In this document: one piece after another, positions 1-10,478 of the stretch
How the letters are laid out: every line of letters begins with the position of its first letter
Numbering within the stretch: position 1 is the stretch's first letter
Assembly (NCBI RefSeq): GCF_964204645.1
Contig: NW_027437463.1
Span: 25,944 to 89,943 of the forward strand
DNA: 64,000 bases
Reading direction: 5' to 3'
DNA from: Tubulanus polymorphus
Taxonomy: Eukaryota > Animalia > Nemertea
Made by a program: the position numbers and the translations under genes
The notes under the pieces: generated by a model
The model's database searches: none
What the model was told of the DNA's origin: nothing
Seen by the model: the letters and a program-made list of their open reading frames with translations, nothing else

Positions 1-141
1 TTTCTCTAACGCTAAGTTATGTCTTCTTTGTTCTCCTAATGAACTATTTTTATCAATATGTTTAAATAAATATCCACCACCAGTAAATGCTAAAGCGTTA
101 ACAATTGCCGATCCTATAATAGTTATAATTGCAGAAGCCAT
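1..141 (-). CDS. Small conserved virus protein with hydrophobic N-terminus (5' part only)
   Basis: Reads MASAIITIIGSAIVNALAFTGGGYLFKHIDKNSSLGEQRRHNLALEK from a TAAATG start; homologous to 55991-56401 in copy B. Confidence 0.75.
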   Translation of the reverse strand, partial: MASAIITIIGSAIVNALAFTGGGYLFKHIDKNSSLGEQRRHNLALEK

Positions 142-166
142 TTATTTAGCAAAAAAAATTATGCAT

Positions 167-388
167 TTATATGGGAGGAATATATTTTTGTTTTTCCAAA
201 TAATCAATAGTTAAATTAGATAAAGTAACTGCTAATGTTAACTTTAAAATATCATTTATATCAAATCTATCAACATTAACACTTCCCATTTTGAATACTT
301 TTTTTAATACCATTGAATAACCAACAGTTCCAACTGATAGTAATGCGCCATTATATAATCCAGTTATTATCTACTTATTATCACTCAT
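167..388 (-). pseudogene. 73-aa small hydrophobic virus protein, nonsense codon at position 6
   Basis: MSDNK*IITGLYNGALLSVGTVGYSMVLKKVF...YIPPI; copy B has TGG (Trp) where copy A has TAG. Confidence 0.75.
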
Positions 389-730
389 TTATTTATCAAA
401 AAAATTACTATCATCAAAATATTTAGTTATCTTAGTGATGATTAATTCAACATTTATTTCATTACTACTTTGATGATTATCATATATTTTGGATAATATG
501 TTTTTGATATCATCAATAATTCCATCTTCATTTAATTCATAATATTCTAAAGGTGATTTAATTAAATCAATTACTTTTTCTATATTATACTTTTCTTTAT
601 CAATCATTGATGCATTGTTAAATGATTTACTTTTTATATCAGTAATTACATCATTTAGTTTAATTCTCATTTCTTTACCATGTTTAAAATCAAACCCAAA
701 ACATATACTCGGTCCAACAGTTATATTCAT
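389..730 (-). CDS. Hypothetical virus protein, 113 aa
   Basis: Intact ORF with TAAATG start; near-identical but frameshifted homolog at 55403-55745. Confidence 0.75.
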   Translation of the reverse strand: MNITVGPSICFGFDFKHGKEMRIKLNDVITDIKSKSFNNASMIDKEKYNIEKVIDLIKSPLEYYELNEDGIIDDIKNILSKIYDNHQSSNEINVELIITKITKYFDDSNFFDK

Positions 731-750
731 TTATATAGTGAAAAAAATTA
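728..750 (-). promoter_or_regulatory. Example of the recurrent T-run/TAAATG motif
   Basis: Minus strand reads TAATTTTTTTCACTATATAAATG: penton stop, T7, spacer, TAAATG start. The same sequence is at 55383-55405 in copy B. Confidence 0.65.
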
Positions 751-1509
751 CTCTTTACATCTTATAACTAATTCATAAATTACAGGGAAATTATTTAAAT
801 CAATTAAGTATCCATTATGATTTCTAATTTCTAATCTAAAATTATTAAAACTAGGAATGCATGGTTTGAAATCACATTCTGTTAAATTATAATTTATTTG
901 CGTTCCAAATTCTTTAACATTCTTCAATGGTAAAATGTTTAGTAAACCAGAATTACAAGTTATATCTTTAGTTGCTTCGAATGTTTTTGTAGGATCGATT
1001 AAATTGCAATAAATATAAAAATGTGTGTAAGGTATTAAGTTTGGTGTAGTAGCGTCAATATTTGTAAAAGATCTATCTGGAAGAATTCCTAACAGTTTAG
1101 CTATAGGTTTTTTTACCATAATTTTATGTTTTTCACTATTAGACAACCTTATCTTTATTCTATCAGAACTCTCACTTTTTAAAAATCTAATACTAAACCC
1201 AGAACTACTACCTAATTTGTGCCAGGCTTTTCTATTAATTTCTTGTGCTAATGTATCTAAATTATATAACCCTGGTTTTAAATATATATAGACCCATTCA
1301 TTTTTATTTCTAATATTAATTAAAAAGACTCTATGTTCAATAGACTTATCCGATACATTGTAAAAAGAATTACATAAACTTATATTAACTAATTTTAAAT
1401 CTACACAATTCTTGAATTCTCTATCTAATTGTACTAGTAAATTATGAGATTTATAATTTGTAAGTTTTCTAGAATCAACAAATATTCTATATTCTTTTAA
1501 TTCCACCAT
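748..1509 (-). CDS. Putative minor capsid (penton-like, single jelly-roll) protein
   Basis: 253 aa with motifs typical of Polinton/adintovirus pentons: IFVDS near the N-terminus, NSFYNV, LKPGLYN, FYIYCNLI and C-terminal LEIRNHNGYLIDLNN. Confidence 0.7.
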   Translation of the reverse strand: MVELKEYRIFVDSRKLTNYKSHNLLVQLDREFKNCVDLKLVNISLCNSFYNVSDKSIEHRVFLINIRNKNEWVYIYLKPGLYNLDTLAQEINRKAWHKLGSSSGFSIRFLKSESSDRIKIRLSNSEKHKIMVKKPIAKLLGILPDRSFTNIDATTPNLIPYTHFYIYCNLIDPTKTFEATKDITCNSGLLNILPLKNVKEFGTQINYNLTECDFKPCIPSFNNFRLEIRNHNGYLIDLNNFPVIYELVIRCKE

Positions 1510-1577
1510 TATTTATAACATAAAAAAATTACCGCTCATCACTAAAAATTAATTTTAATAAAATTTTTCCTTAATAA

Positions 1578-2876
1578 ATGGATGAGAAGATAGCATGCGA
1601 AATTTGTGGTGAACTTCTAAGAAAAAGTAATATGGCTCGACATATGAAAAAACATGATGAAAATTATAAACCCCCTAAAATAAACTGTCCAAAATGTAAT
1701 AAATTATTCTCAAGAAATTATGTTAAAAAACATTCAGAGAAGTGTAGAATTAATGGCGCAACGGCTAATGTTGATAGTAATTCTGCTGAAGTTGAACCTG
1801 AAGTTATTTGGAAAAGACCTTTCTTATTCTATGATAAGGATAATATAAAAGATCATTTCTGTGAGCCTTGTCAAGTAAAATATAGCCCTGAAAATATAGA
1901 AGATTGGGAGAATCATCAATTTCGTAAAGCACATATAGATAAAATTTCTAATAAATTTGAAACTGAATTCAATGAAAGAAAAAATAATTTATTAGAAAAA
2001 ATAAAATATGAGAAAACGTTACCAGATAATAAAGAAACAGTTGAAAAGTTAGAAAAACAATATAATGAATTAACAAGAAAAACATATTATTGTAAATATT
2101 GTAAATTGATTATTACAACAAGTAATTCAAATCTACATAATAGAACAATAAAACATAAAGAAAACGTAAGAAAATACCAAGAGCTTAATGAAGATCTATT
2201 ACCAATAAATTATAAACGAAAATGCCCACAATGTAGTTATGCGACCTTAAGGCAAGAAGGTACTGTGTTATTTTGTGTTGAATGTGGATGGCAAAAGAAT
2301 TTATGGGGTGAAGAAAAAACTAGAGATTTTCTCATAGAACCAAAATTAAATTATCTAGATGAAATTTTTAAAATATTTTCTATAGAAGATTATACACCAG
2401 AATATATGCAATGGCTTGAAAAAATGAAAATAATAGAAAATAAAAATGGTGAAATAACTAAAAAAGATATTATAAAAACAATTATTCCACCAACATTTAA
2501 CACAAAACAAAAGAAAATGTATTTATATTTATTATTTAACGATTATTATGAAAAACCTAAATTAACAGAAGAAGATATGGAAAATATAAAAAAAATATTT
2601 AAACAAATATTAATGTATCATTTGGAAAATAGAATAACAGATTCAATAAATTATGAATTCTTTTTAAATAAGATTGTAAATTATTTAAACCTAGATATTA
2701 TAATTCCATTTGATGAATTAACAAACAAAAAGAAACAAAGAGAGCGAGATGAAATGTGGAACAAGATAGAACTTTATTTAAATGAGAAAAATGGAATGGA
2801 AGAAGAATCTGAACAATTAAATGGAAATGAAGAAGCCAATAGTGATTTCGAGTTTGATGATATAGATCCATTTTAA
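1578..2876 (+). CDS. Zinc-finger protein fused to a poxvirus VLTF3 (A2)-like late transcription factor domain
   Basis: N-terminal C2H2-type fingers, then a CPQC-x13-CVEC ribbon followed by KLNYLDEIF, IFKQILMYHLEN, INYEFFLNKI and DEMWNKI, matching the VLTF3 motif order as I recall it; acidic tail. Intact 432-aa ORF. Confidence 0.72.
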   Translation: MDEKIACEICGELLRKSNMARHMKKHDENYKPPKINCPKCNKLFSRNYVKKHSEKCRINGATANVDSNSAEVEPEVIWKRPFLFYDKDNIKDHFCEPCQVKYSPENIEDWENHQFRKAHIDKISNKFETEFNERKNNLLEKIKYEKTLPDNKETVEKLEKQYNELTRKTYYCKYCKLIITTSNSNLHNRTIKHKENVRKYQELNEDLLPINYKRKCPQCSYATLRQEGTVLFCVECGWQKNLWGEEKTRDFLIEPKLNYLDEIFKIFSIEDYTPEYMQWLEKMKIIENKNGEITKKDIIKTIIPPTFNTKQKKMYLYLLFNDYYEKPKLTEEDMENIKKIFKQILMYHLENRITDSINYEFFLNKIVNYLNLDIIIPFDELTNKKKQRERDEMWNKIELYLNEKNGMEEESEQLNGNEEANSDFEFDDIDPF

Positions 2877-5800
2877 TAACCATAAGGTAATGTTTTTATA
2901 CCATCATCTGAAATATGCCTTTTATCATCAAATGGATTTAAATTAGTTTTTTCAACTTCATTAATGTACATCTCATGATTTTCTGATCTTAAACAATTCA
3001 TCTTGTGTTTCATTACAATTGATTTATATAAACACTTTATATAATCTTAAAATTCTATATGTTTATCAACCACATGTTTTGTTATTCCTTTTAACTTTTT
3101 AGCTTCATGATCTTTTGTTCTGTAACTATACATTTTACTTCTTATCCCAACAAATTCAATCATTTCATCACCTCCTAATTCATCTTTAAATTTACCAGGA
3201 ATCTTTTTATTATCATTGCTAAATAGTTCATGATCTTTAGGATAATTGCTAAAATCAAAATGATGTTTTAATGTTTTTAAGTCTTTTGTTATGTCATTTG
3301 TCTTGATTTTTAGTATGTACGCATCCGTATTTTTTTGGATTAATGGGAACCCAGAATTGAATGTTCATCTGTTGATAAATCATAAACATAGTCAGTTGGG
3401 TTATATATTTCAAATAAATCTTTAACTTCTTCAGTTAAATCTTTTTCTACATGCCTTAAATTAAAGCAATTTGGTTTAGATTTAATCAATCCAATATTCA
3501 TATTGAAGCCTAATGAACTGCATAACACATTTAACCCACTTATTGCACATTTTCCTTTCTGTGCAAAGGTTATCGTTTTATCCTTTATAAATTTTTTAGT
3601 ACCATCGGCTGCGTAGAACCCAATGAAGAACCATTTTCTAAGATTATATTCTGAATTTAATATATAATCTGGTACTATTTTTTCTTTAGTTGAAGTATTA
3701 CTTTTCACTATTGCATGAATATAGAATTCATCATTATATTCTATAGCAAAATCTTTAGGATTATTTACAAGTATTCTATAAACTGCTGATGATTTCATAA
3801 CATCCATGATTCTAAATGTTTTATGTGAATAAACTTCTTCACAGAATTTCTTAATTCTTTCTAATAATTTTAAGTCTTGATTGCATAAATACCAACAATA
3901 TTTATTACCCCAAACATATTTATACACACCTGCTGAACCATCACCCATGAAAAATCCTTTGATAAAATATTCTTTTTCTTCCAATGTTTCAGGTTCTATA
4001 TTATAAATATTATTAATTATTTCATCAAATGACATATGATTCATTCTTGGGAAAAATCTTTTATGTAATAATTCATCTCCAATTTTTATATCAGTTGGTT
4101 TTATTTCATCACCATTTTGTTTAATTAAACTGTGGTCTTCAGTAACATCTACAAACCCTAATTTAGTTCTAACTCTATAGATTTTCTTATTTGTTTTATG
4201 TCTAATAATATTCTTTAATTTTTTCCATCCATTTCTTGTCCAAACATCTATTAAACCATTTATTTGTATCAATTCTTTTTCTCCATATGAAATATAACAT
4301 TCATTTTGTTTTGGAATTATTTCTGAAATTCTTCTTACTAATATTTTATTATTACATTTTAATAATATTGGGGTGTCGGCCGTTACAGAATCGAAGTACA
4401 GAATTTCTATATGTTTTTCCCCAAACAATGGTTGTAATACATTGTAATAAAAATCATACATTAATAATTTTGATATTTCTAAAACTGTTGAACCAATGAA
4501 AATGGGTTTATTAAATTTCATTGACGTTCTTTTTAATTTTACTGCTGTTAAATAATCTTCAAATCTTTTATTTCCTAAATGTCTAGGACTTGATTGTAGG
4601 TGTCTCAATCGTTCAGAATTATTTACTAATTCAATATCATTTCTATTTCTAATATTTTCACATGTTTTACCATAAAAACTATTGTTCATTAATTTGAAGA
4701 AATCTTTTTCAAAATCTGTTTTTGATATGGTTCTCTGTTGAGTATTGAAATCTATATATTTTTCTAACCACTTGGATTGATTAAATTCAATATATCTATG
4801 TACTTTCTTTAATTTCATTCCTTGTTTTAGATAAAATTTTAACATTCTATAATGAACAATATAATTGTATTTATTATTTTGAGTAAGTATTAATTTTTCT
4901 GTAAAAACATGATCTTTCGGTTTTATTTTCTTCTGGTATTCACTTAAATAACTATCATCTACAGTTAAATGTTCTGGGCAATAAGGTAAGTTTCTTGTTT
5001 TAAACTTTATGTTATCAGGATATTCTAAATCAACTACAAAGAAATAACCAATTGGTGCTTCATCTTCTAAACTCATAATTGCGCTTTCCCAATTAGTTTT
5101 ATCATCATTTTCAACTTCTGTTAATATAAAATTTTTATATGGTTGAGGTTGCATCATTGCCCAACCATATAAATTATTGGCGTCAATATATAATAATTTA
5201 TATTCATCATTTGCTTTAAAATACCTATCTCCCATAACACCACTAATTCCACCTCTAATTGATTTTTCAAATAATAAAACCATATCTGGTTCTTTTAATA
5301 AATCTAATTCTACATTTGTATATTTTAAACCACATTGCCAGGTTAAACCAGGACTTGAATAACAATAACAAGGATCAACATTAAAATGATTCAAATTAAC
5401 TTCTCTAAATTTTTCAAATATGTCAGCCAATATCATAACATCTGATTTTAAATATAAATCAACTAATTCGCCATGATTTTTCATCTTAAAATGGTTCCAA
5501 ATATTTAATGTTCTATTAAACACTTCGTCTTTCACATACTCCTCTTTTAATTTATCATAAAATTGATCTTTTAATAATTCTGTTACATTAAAATCATCAT
5601 GTGTTTTATAAAATGAATAAGGAATTGCGCCTTTATATCTCAATAATTTAAAATCTTGTTCATTTGGATAATAATATCGAGTTATAACAAAATCATTATC
5701 AACTAAACTTTTTGATAAATTATCTAATGAACTTGCTAGAAATCTATAAGAATCTAAAAATCTAATGCAACCAAATTGAAATGAAATATAATTTTCAGAT

Positions 5801-7931
5801 GTTTTAGCTAATAGTTTAAAATCATATTTTCTTACATTTGCTTCATTCATAGCATTATATTCTTCTATTTCTTGATTAATTGCACCCAATTTTCCCGATA
5901 ATTGTTTTATAAATAGATGGGTATCATAACCCGATAAATTATGAAATAATATTGGTACGAAATTAACTTTCTTAGCTTGTAAATTGCAATCTTCATGAGC
6001 AGCTCCACGATATTTTGAATTCAAATGATCATGATCTCTAACTCTTTTATCAAATGAATAAAAACGTTTTTCACAATAACAACAATGAGTTGCATAATTA
6101 AAATCAATTTCATCTTCTTTTGTCATAACTATTCTTTTATTTTTGTTTAATAATTTTGTAAAATCACTTTCTAATTCAATCATTTTATCACAAAAATCAT
6201 TAACTACATTTTCACCTCTAAAAGAAATATATTGACTTTCATATAATTCGGGATAATTTGATTTGATGTAAATTCCATAAGCAGCAGCTCTTTGATGAAC
6301 TTTTTTAATTGTATTTATAATTGGCGGGTCTTGTATTGTGTCTTCATTTAATTCATTTCCTTTATCCATTGATTTTAATAATTGCTTTTTGTTATATATT
6401 TCTTTTCTATCTTGATCAGTTAATTCTTTATTCAACGATTCAAAATCCCCATAAATTACAAATGGAACAATATTTTTAAATTTATGATTAGTAAATTTCA
6501 ATTTATAATCTTTTTCTGTTGGCATTATTAATTTACAGAATCTTTATTATCACATAATTCTTTATGTTTTAATAATGTATTCTCAGTCATAAATTTGGAT
6601 AAACATTTTCTACATAGATAAATTTTATTATGATGATCACTTTCTGTTCTAAAGAATAAATCAATTTGTTTTAACCACATATAATGTTCATTTTCATCTT
6701 TTTTGTAATATAACAAATCTATAGCATTTTCATCATCATAATATTCTGTTAAATATAAAGCTTCCAATGTATAATCTTTAATATTTTCACCTTTTGTCTT
6801 TGGTAATTGCATTAATTCGAATACATTTATTTTTAAATTATTAACTTTTTCTATTTTAGGAATCATTTTTATAGTTACTGGATATTGATCAATTTTATAT
6901 AATGTTTCATATTTCCGATAATCTGTTATTCTACAAACATTTTCCTGTGTTGGATGTAAACAACTAATAATTGACCATAGAAAACATTTATTATCTTCAT
7001 TTTGAACATTTATTACTGCTTTTGTTGTAAACGGTAATTTGATATAACTTGATGCTTTCATATCCTTTTCTGTTGTAAAGTTTGAATCATTTTTAAACAT
7101 TTTATTACTTTTTGATGTTTTATTCCTTTTTGTATTATAAACATTTAAATCTAAATATATAATTTCATTCAATGTTAAGCCAGAACCCTCAAAATATCTT
7201 TCTTCAATATGACGTTTAAATTCATTTAATATTTTTTCTAACTTCTCTTTTATTTGTGTTTTTGAAATTATTTCTTCAGAGTGTGTTTGAATATTATAAT
7301 CCATTTTTTCTTCTGACTTTATAAAACTTACTTTCCCAGAGATACTAATTTTTGGATATTCAACATCTGTTATCAAATCTAGTATTTTTTCTATTATTTC
7401 ATTAAATTTACTATAATCTTCTATTGTTGTACCTTTAAAAAATCTAAATATAATAGCTGCAGGACCAATTTTACTATGTAATGTTTCTAAGATTTCAATT
7501 GTATCTTTTATTTCTAGTGAATCAATATAATTTCTAATATTTTCCATGTAAGGTTTATTTGAAATGGATTTAGTTTTTGAAGTTGATTCTTTTACTTGTT
7601 GAGGTTTATCATCAAAATAATCTATTCCTAAAACATTATTTCTCAAATTTTGATGGTGTTTTTCTGTTTCGAGATGTTTATTATAATTCCTTTTTGTTAT
7701 AAATTCATCACAAACTTCACATTTTATTTCATCCACATTCATATTTTCTAATCGTTCTTTTCTTTCAATGGAATTTTCTGGAGTTTCAAAATCTATAACA
7801 TTTTTTATATGATTTGAAGATTTTTCATGTTTAGATTTATTAGATTTATCGATGTATTTTTTACAATATTGACAATAATATTGATTTTTATTGATATTAT
7901 TGTTTTCTAGTTGGTGTTCATTCTCCCCCAT
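2873..7931 (-). pseudogene. Protein-primed family B DNA polymerase (pPolB) with N-terminal zinc fingers, endonuclease VII-like insert and intein; disrupted
   Basis: Motifs SYIKLP..VINVQNEDNKCFLWS, YGDFES (ExoI), FHNLSGYD (ExoII), YLKSDV (ExoIII), YIDANNLYG, KLMNNSFYGK, YFD/TD, KMYSY, KLKGI. Lesions: frameshift near 6535, frameshift near 3360, in-frame TAA near 3048. The C-terminal part continues to ...KTLPYGY* at 2873. Confidence 0.93.
3329..4389 (-). mobile_element. Intein with LAGLIDADG homing endonuclease in pPolB motif C
   Basis: Insertion of ~354 aa between YFD and TD relative to copy B (YFDTDSY). Block A SVTADTPILL, block B VTEDHSL, LAGLIDADG-like FIKGFFMGDG and FFIGFYAADG, block F YVYDLST, terminal ...GFPLIQKN (in the shifted frame) followed by Thr. 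Confidence 0.92.
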
Positions 7932-7996
7932 TTATTAGGAAAAAAAATTACTTGTGGTGATGAGTGTTAGGAAAAAAATTACTTGTGGTGATGAGT
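7929..7996 (-). promoter_or_regulatory. Tandemly duplicated ~31-bp upstream element of pPolB ending in TAAATG
   Basis: Minus strand: two copies of CACTCATCACCACAAGTAATTTTTTT(T)CCTAA directly followed by TAAATG. Confidence 0.6.
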
Positions 7997-10478
7997 GGTG
8001 TCTCGTACTTCGTACTCTGATCTGAAAGCCTACTTTTCCAATTACTATAGTGTTCCTGGACCCCTTTAAAAATGTACTCTGAAAAAAGAATATTCTCTAT
8101 TTTGTTATGTCATTGAAGATTCTCTTCTATGAGGTGCCAACGCAACTTCTTCTAATTTTGATTCCATGTGTGAATTTGTATAATTGATTTGCATTTGAAG
8201 GTATGAACTTGTATTGAATATTCAAACATTTTTGTCCATTTGAGGATTATGAGTGTCCATAGATGGAATCAGGTTTCTTTTTAACGTTTTCATTACACTT
8301 TGATGTGTTGTCTTGATGCCTTTCCTAGGGGCATCGTATAATTTTTATGGACTTTTGCTTTACTGAAGTCCATTTTTGCTCATGTATGACACGTGCCTCC
8401 ATTGGTACAAAATAACTTGCGAAAGAAGCTTAGTTTCTCATCTGATCTTTCAAAATGTTCAATGTTGTAATAATCTCTAACCCTCCTGCACCACCCTCCT
8501 GTAAGGTTTGTTAGAACTCTACAGCCGGTAAGTCTTAATAAATCTTCTTGAAAGTTTGTGTATGAGTTGGAACAGGTAAGAGGTGATATTGAAAATGGTG
8601 ATCTATCAGCTAGATGATATGTCCAACATGACAGCCATGTCTGCCATCTTGAATTTTTCATTGGCACCATACAGCTTGCCAACCTATATTGATTTCCTTG
8701 ACCCTGGTGTATTAGCAGGTAAGAGGTCTACCCCTATTAAAATTGGTGACCACCAATTGTCTAATATTGCTGCTATATTATCCAATGTATGATTTTCTTC
8801 ATTTTCAATAATCATTAGCACTGTCACATGTTATATAGCTGTAGAAATCTGTGACTAATGAGTATACTCTACACCAGGGGAGTTGAAAATTTGAATACAC
8901 TACTACGTATTAGTCAATTTTTATGAAAACCATAGTTATGTATTGATAATGATGTTAAATGGCCATTTGTCTACAAGGTATATATTGATTCCCCTATGTA
9001 GATTCAGTTATTTTCGATTTGAGGAATTTCTATCAACCTCAGATACATGTATATCGTACATAGTTTAAAATGACCCTTGTGTAAAAGATTAATTTTGTGC
9101 TGTAATTATCAAAAGTGTCGGAATATTCATTATTGCCATACCACGTAACAACCATTGTGGGAATAGATTATTTCAGTTGCATGGCATGTTGTCTCTACTA
9201 AGAGAATGAAAAAATAGTTGAGAAAAAAATGTTTCGGTTCTCCATCGTAGGTTTGACACATATGTATTAATGTTGTAGTCATCGAGAATTAATCATATCT
9301 CTACAGATTTTGTGCATATTTACATGTCAATAAAGATATTTTCAAATAAGACCATAGCGTTGTGTTTCCATTGCTGAAAAGGAATAGGATCGATTCGATG
9401 CAGCATACTTGATTCCTTATACGACTAGGGCCTACATATGTTAAATTCCCCGACATCAATTTCCGAAGTTCACGTTATCGTATTGGGTTTTAGTTCAACA
9501 TTTTAGTTGAGTAGTTTATGCATCTATAGTTTTGACTGGAAGACAACACCGTTGGGCAAATATCTCAAATATATAGAAGGAAAAATATCGAATTGTGGTC
9601 GGCCCAGACTGCAGATCGATTCTCATGTACTGCCAAGGCTTCTAATGCAATATCTCGAGGCCCCCACATCGCTGCTGCAGACCAGATCTTTGATGCAGAG
9701 CCCAACATATGAATGACCTGTTCAGCCCTACAAATACATTTTTCTGGCATTCTATCATATCATTTAATGATAATTACTCAAGTAAAGTAAAGACGTAAGC
9801 CCCAATACGAAATATTTTGAAGCATGAATTTATTTTTATTGTTTCAATCATAATATTACATGTAATGCATTCACATCGTGATGTTACTTAACCTAAATGT
9901 TTAGAATAGTTATTAAGATGAGCGCAACATACATAGCATCAAAATTTCAAAATTCAGCCATCCATTTAACATATTGACTCGTTGTTCAGTGGGGTAACTA
10001 AAACACATTTTAAAAAATAATTTCTAGTTTCGAATCTGTAAGGAGAGATGAAGTGGGGTTTCTTCCGACTTCCTGAGCTATGAATAACTAGTTTTAAAAT
10101 TTAAAAGTGATTTCGACGGTTTATCCGAAGTTTAAAAGCCTTGCGTAAGTTGGATCTTTTGGGACCAAGACAAATCCTTCGACTTCGAAAAATTCCGATT
10201 TCCAGCCGTTTCCAAAAACTATACGACTTCCAATTAATTTCTGTAAACGGAAAGATTTAATCCATATCTACAAGAATGATTAAAAACACTGAAATATTTC
10301 GGGTTCAATTTTTCCAATATACTCTCACAACTAGAATAACGACTGTTGACATGTATCATCGATTTACAGCCAGAAAAAAAGGGTCGGGACAGAAAAGAGA
10401 ATAGAGGAGAAAATTCTGGACCATCAGTATTCATGTGATATAAATGTGATCGTGATATAAGCGAGTATCCGACTACGT

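Larger units (their letters stand above)
1..8020 (-). mobile_element. Endogenous Polinton/Maverick-like virus, copy A (truncated by the left window edge)
   Basis: Very AT-rich, intronless, tightly packed ORFs including pPolB and a penton-like gene; collinear with copy B at 52-56 kb. The right boundary is approximate (composition change near 8.0 kb); no TIR or TSD could be confirmed. Confidence 0.88.

Noticed and set aside
6525-6545. Two separate genes or a programmed frameshift at the 467-aa/1061-aa junction
   Set aside because: Adding one base restores ...DFCKLIMPTEK; the second ATG lacks the T-run/TAAATG context and the gene has other lesions.
7990-8050. Polinton TIR/TSD pairing copy A and copy B as the ends of one giant element
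   Set aside because: No matching inverted terminal sequence near 50 kb; the copies differ in gene content and the intervening DNA is ordinary host sequence.
8050-8600. Degenerate LINE fragments here and at ~33350-33700 and ~43200-44130
   Set aside because: Only faint RT-like words (YSFF, ADDTN, NFLIGRRQRI); too decayed to delimit, so not listed as features.
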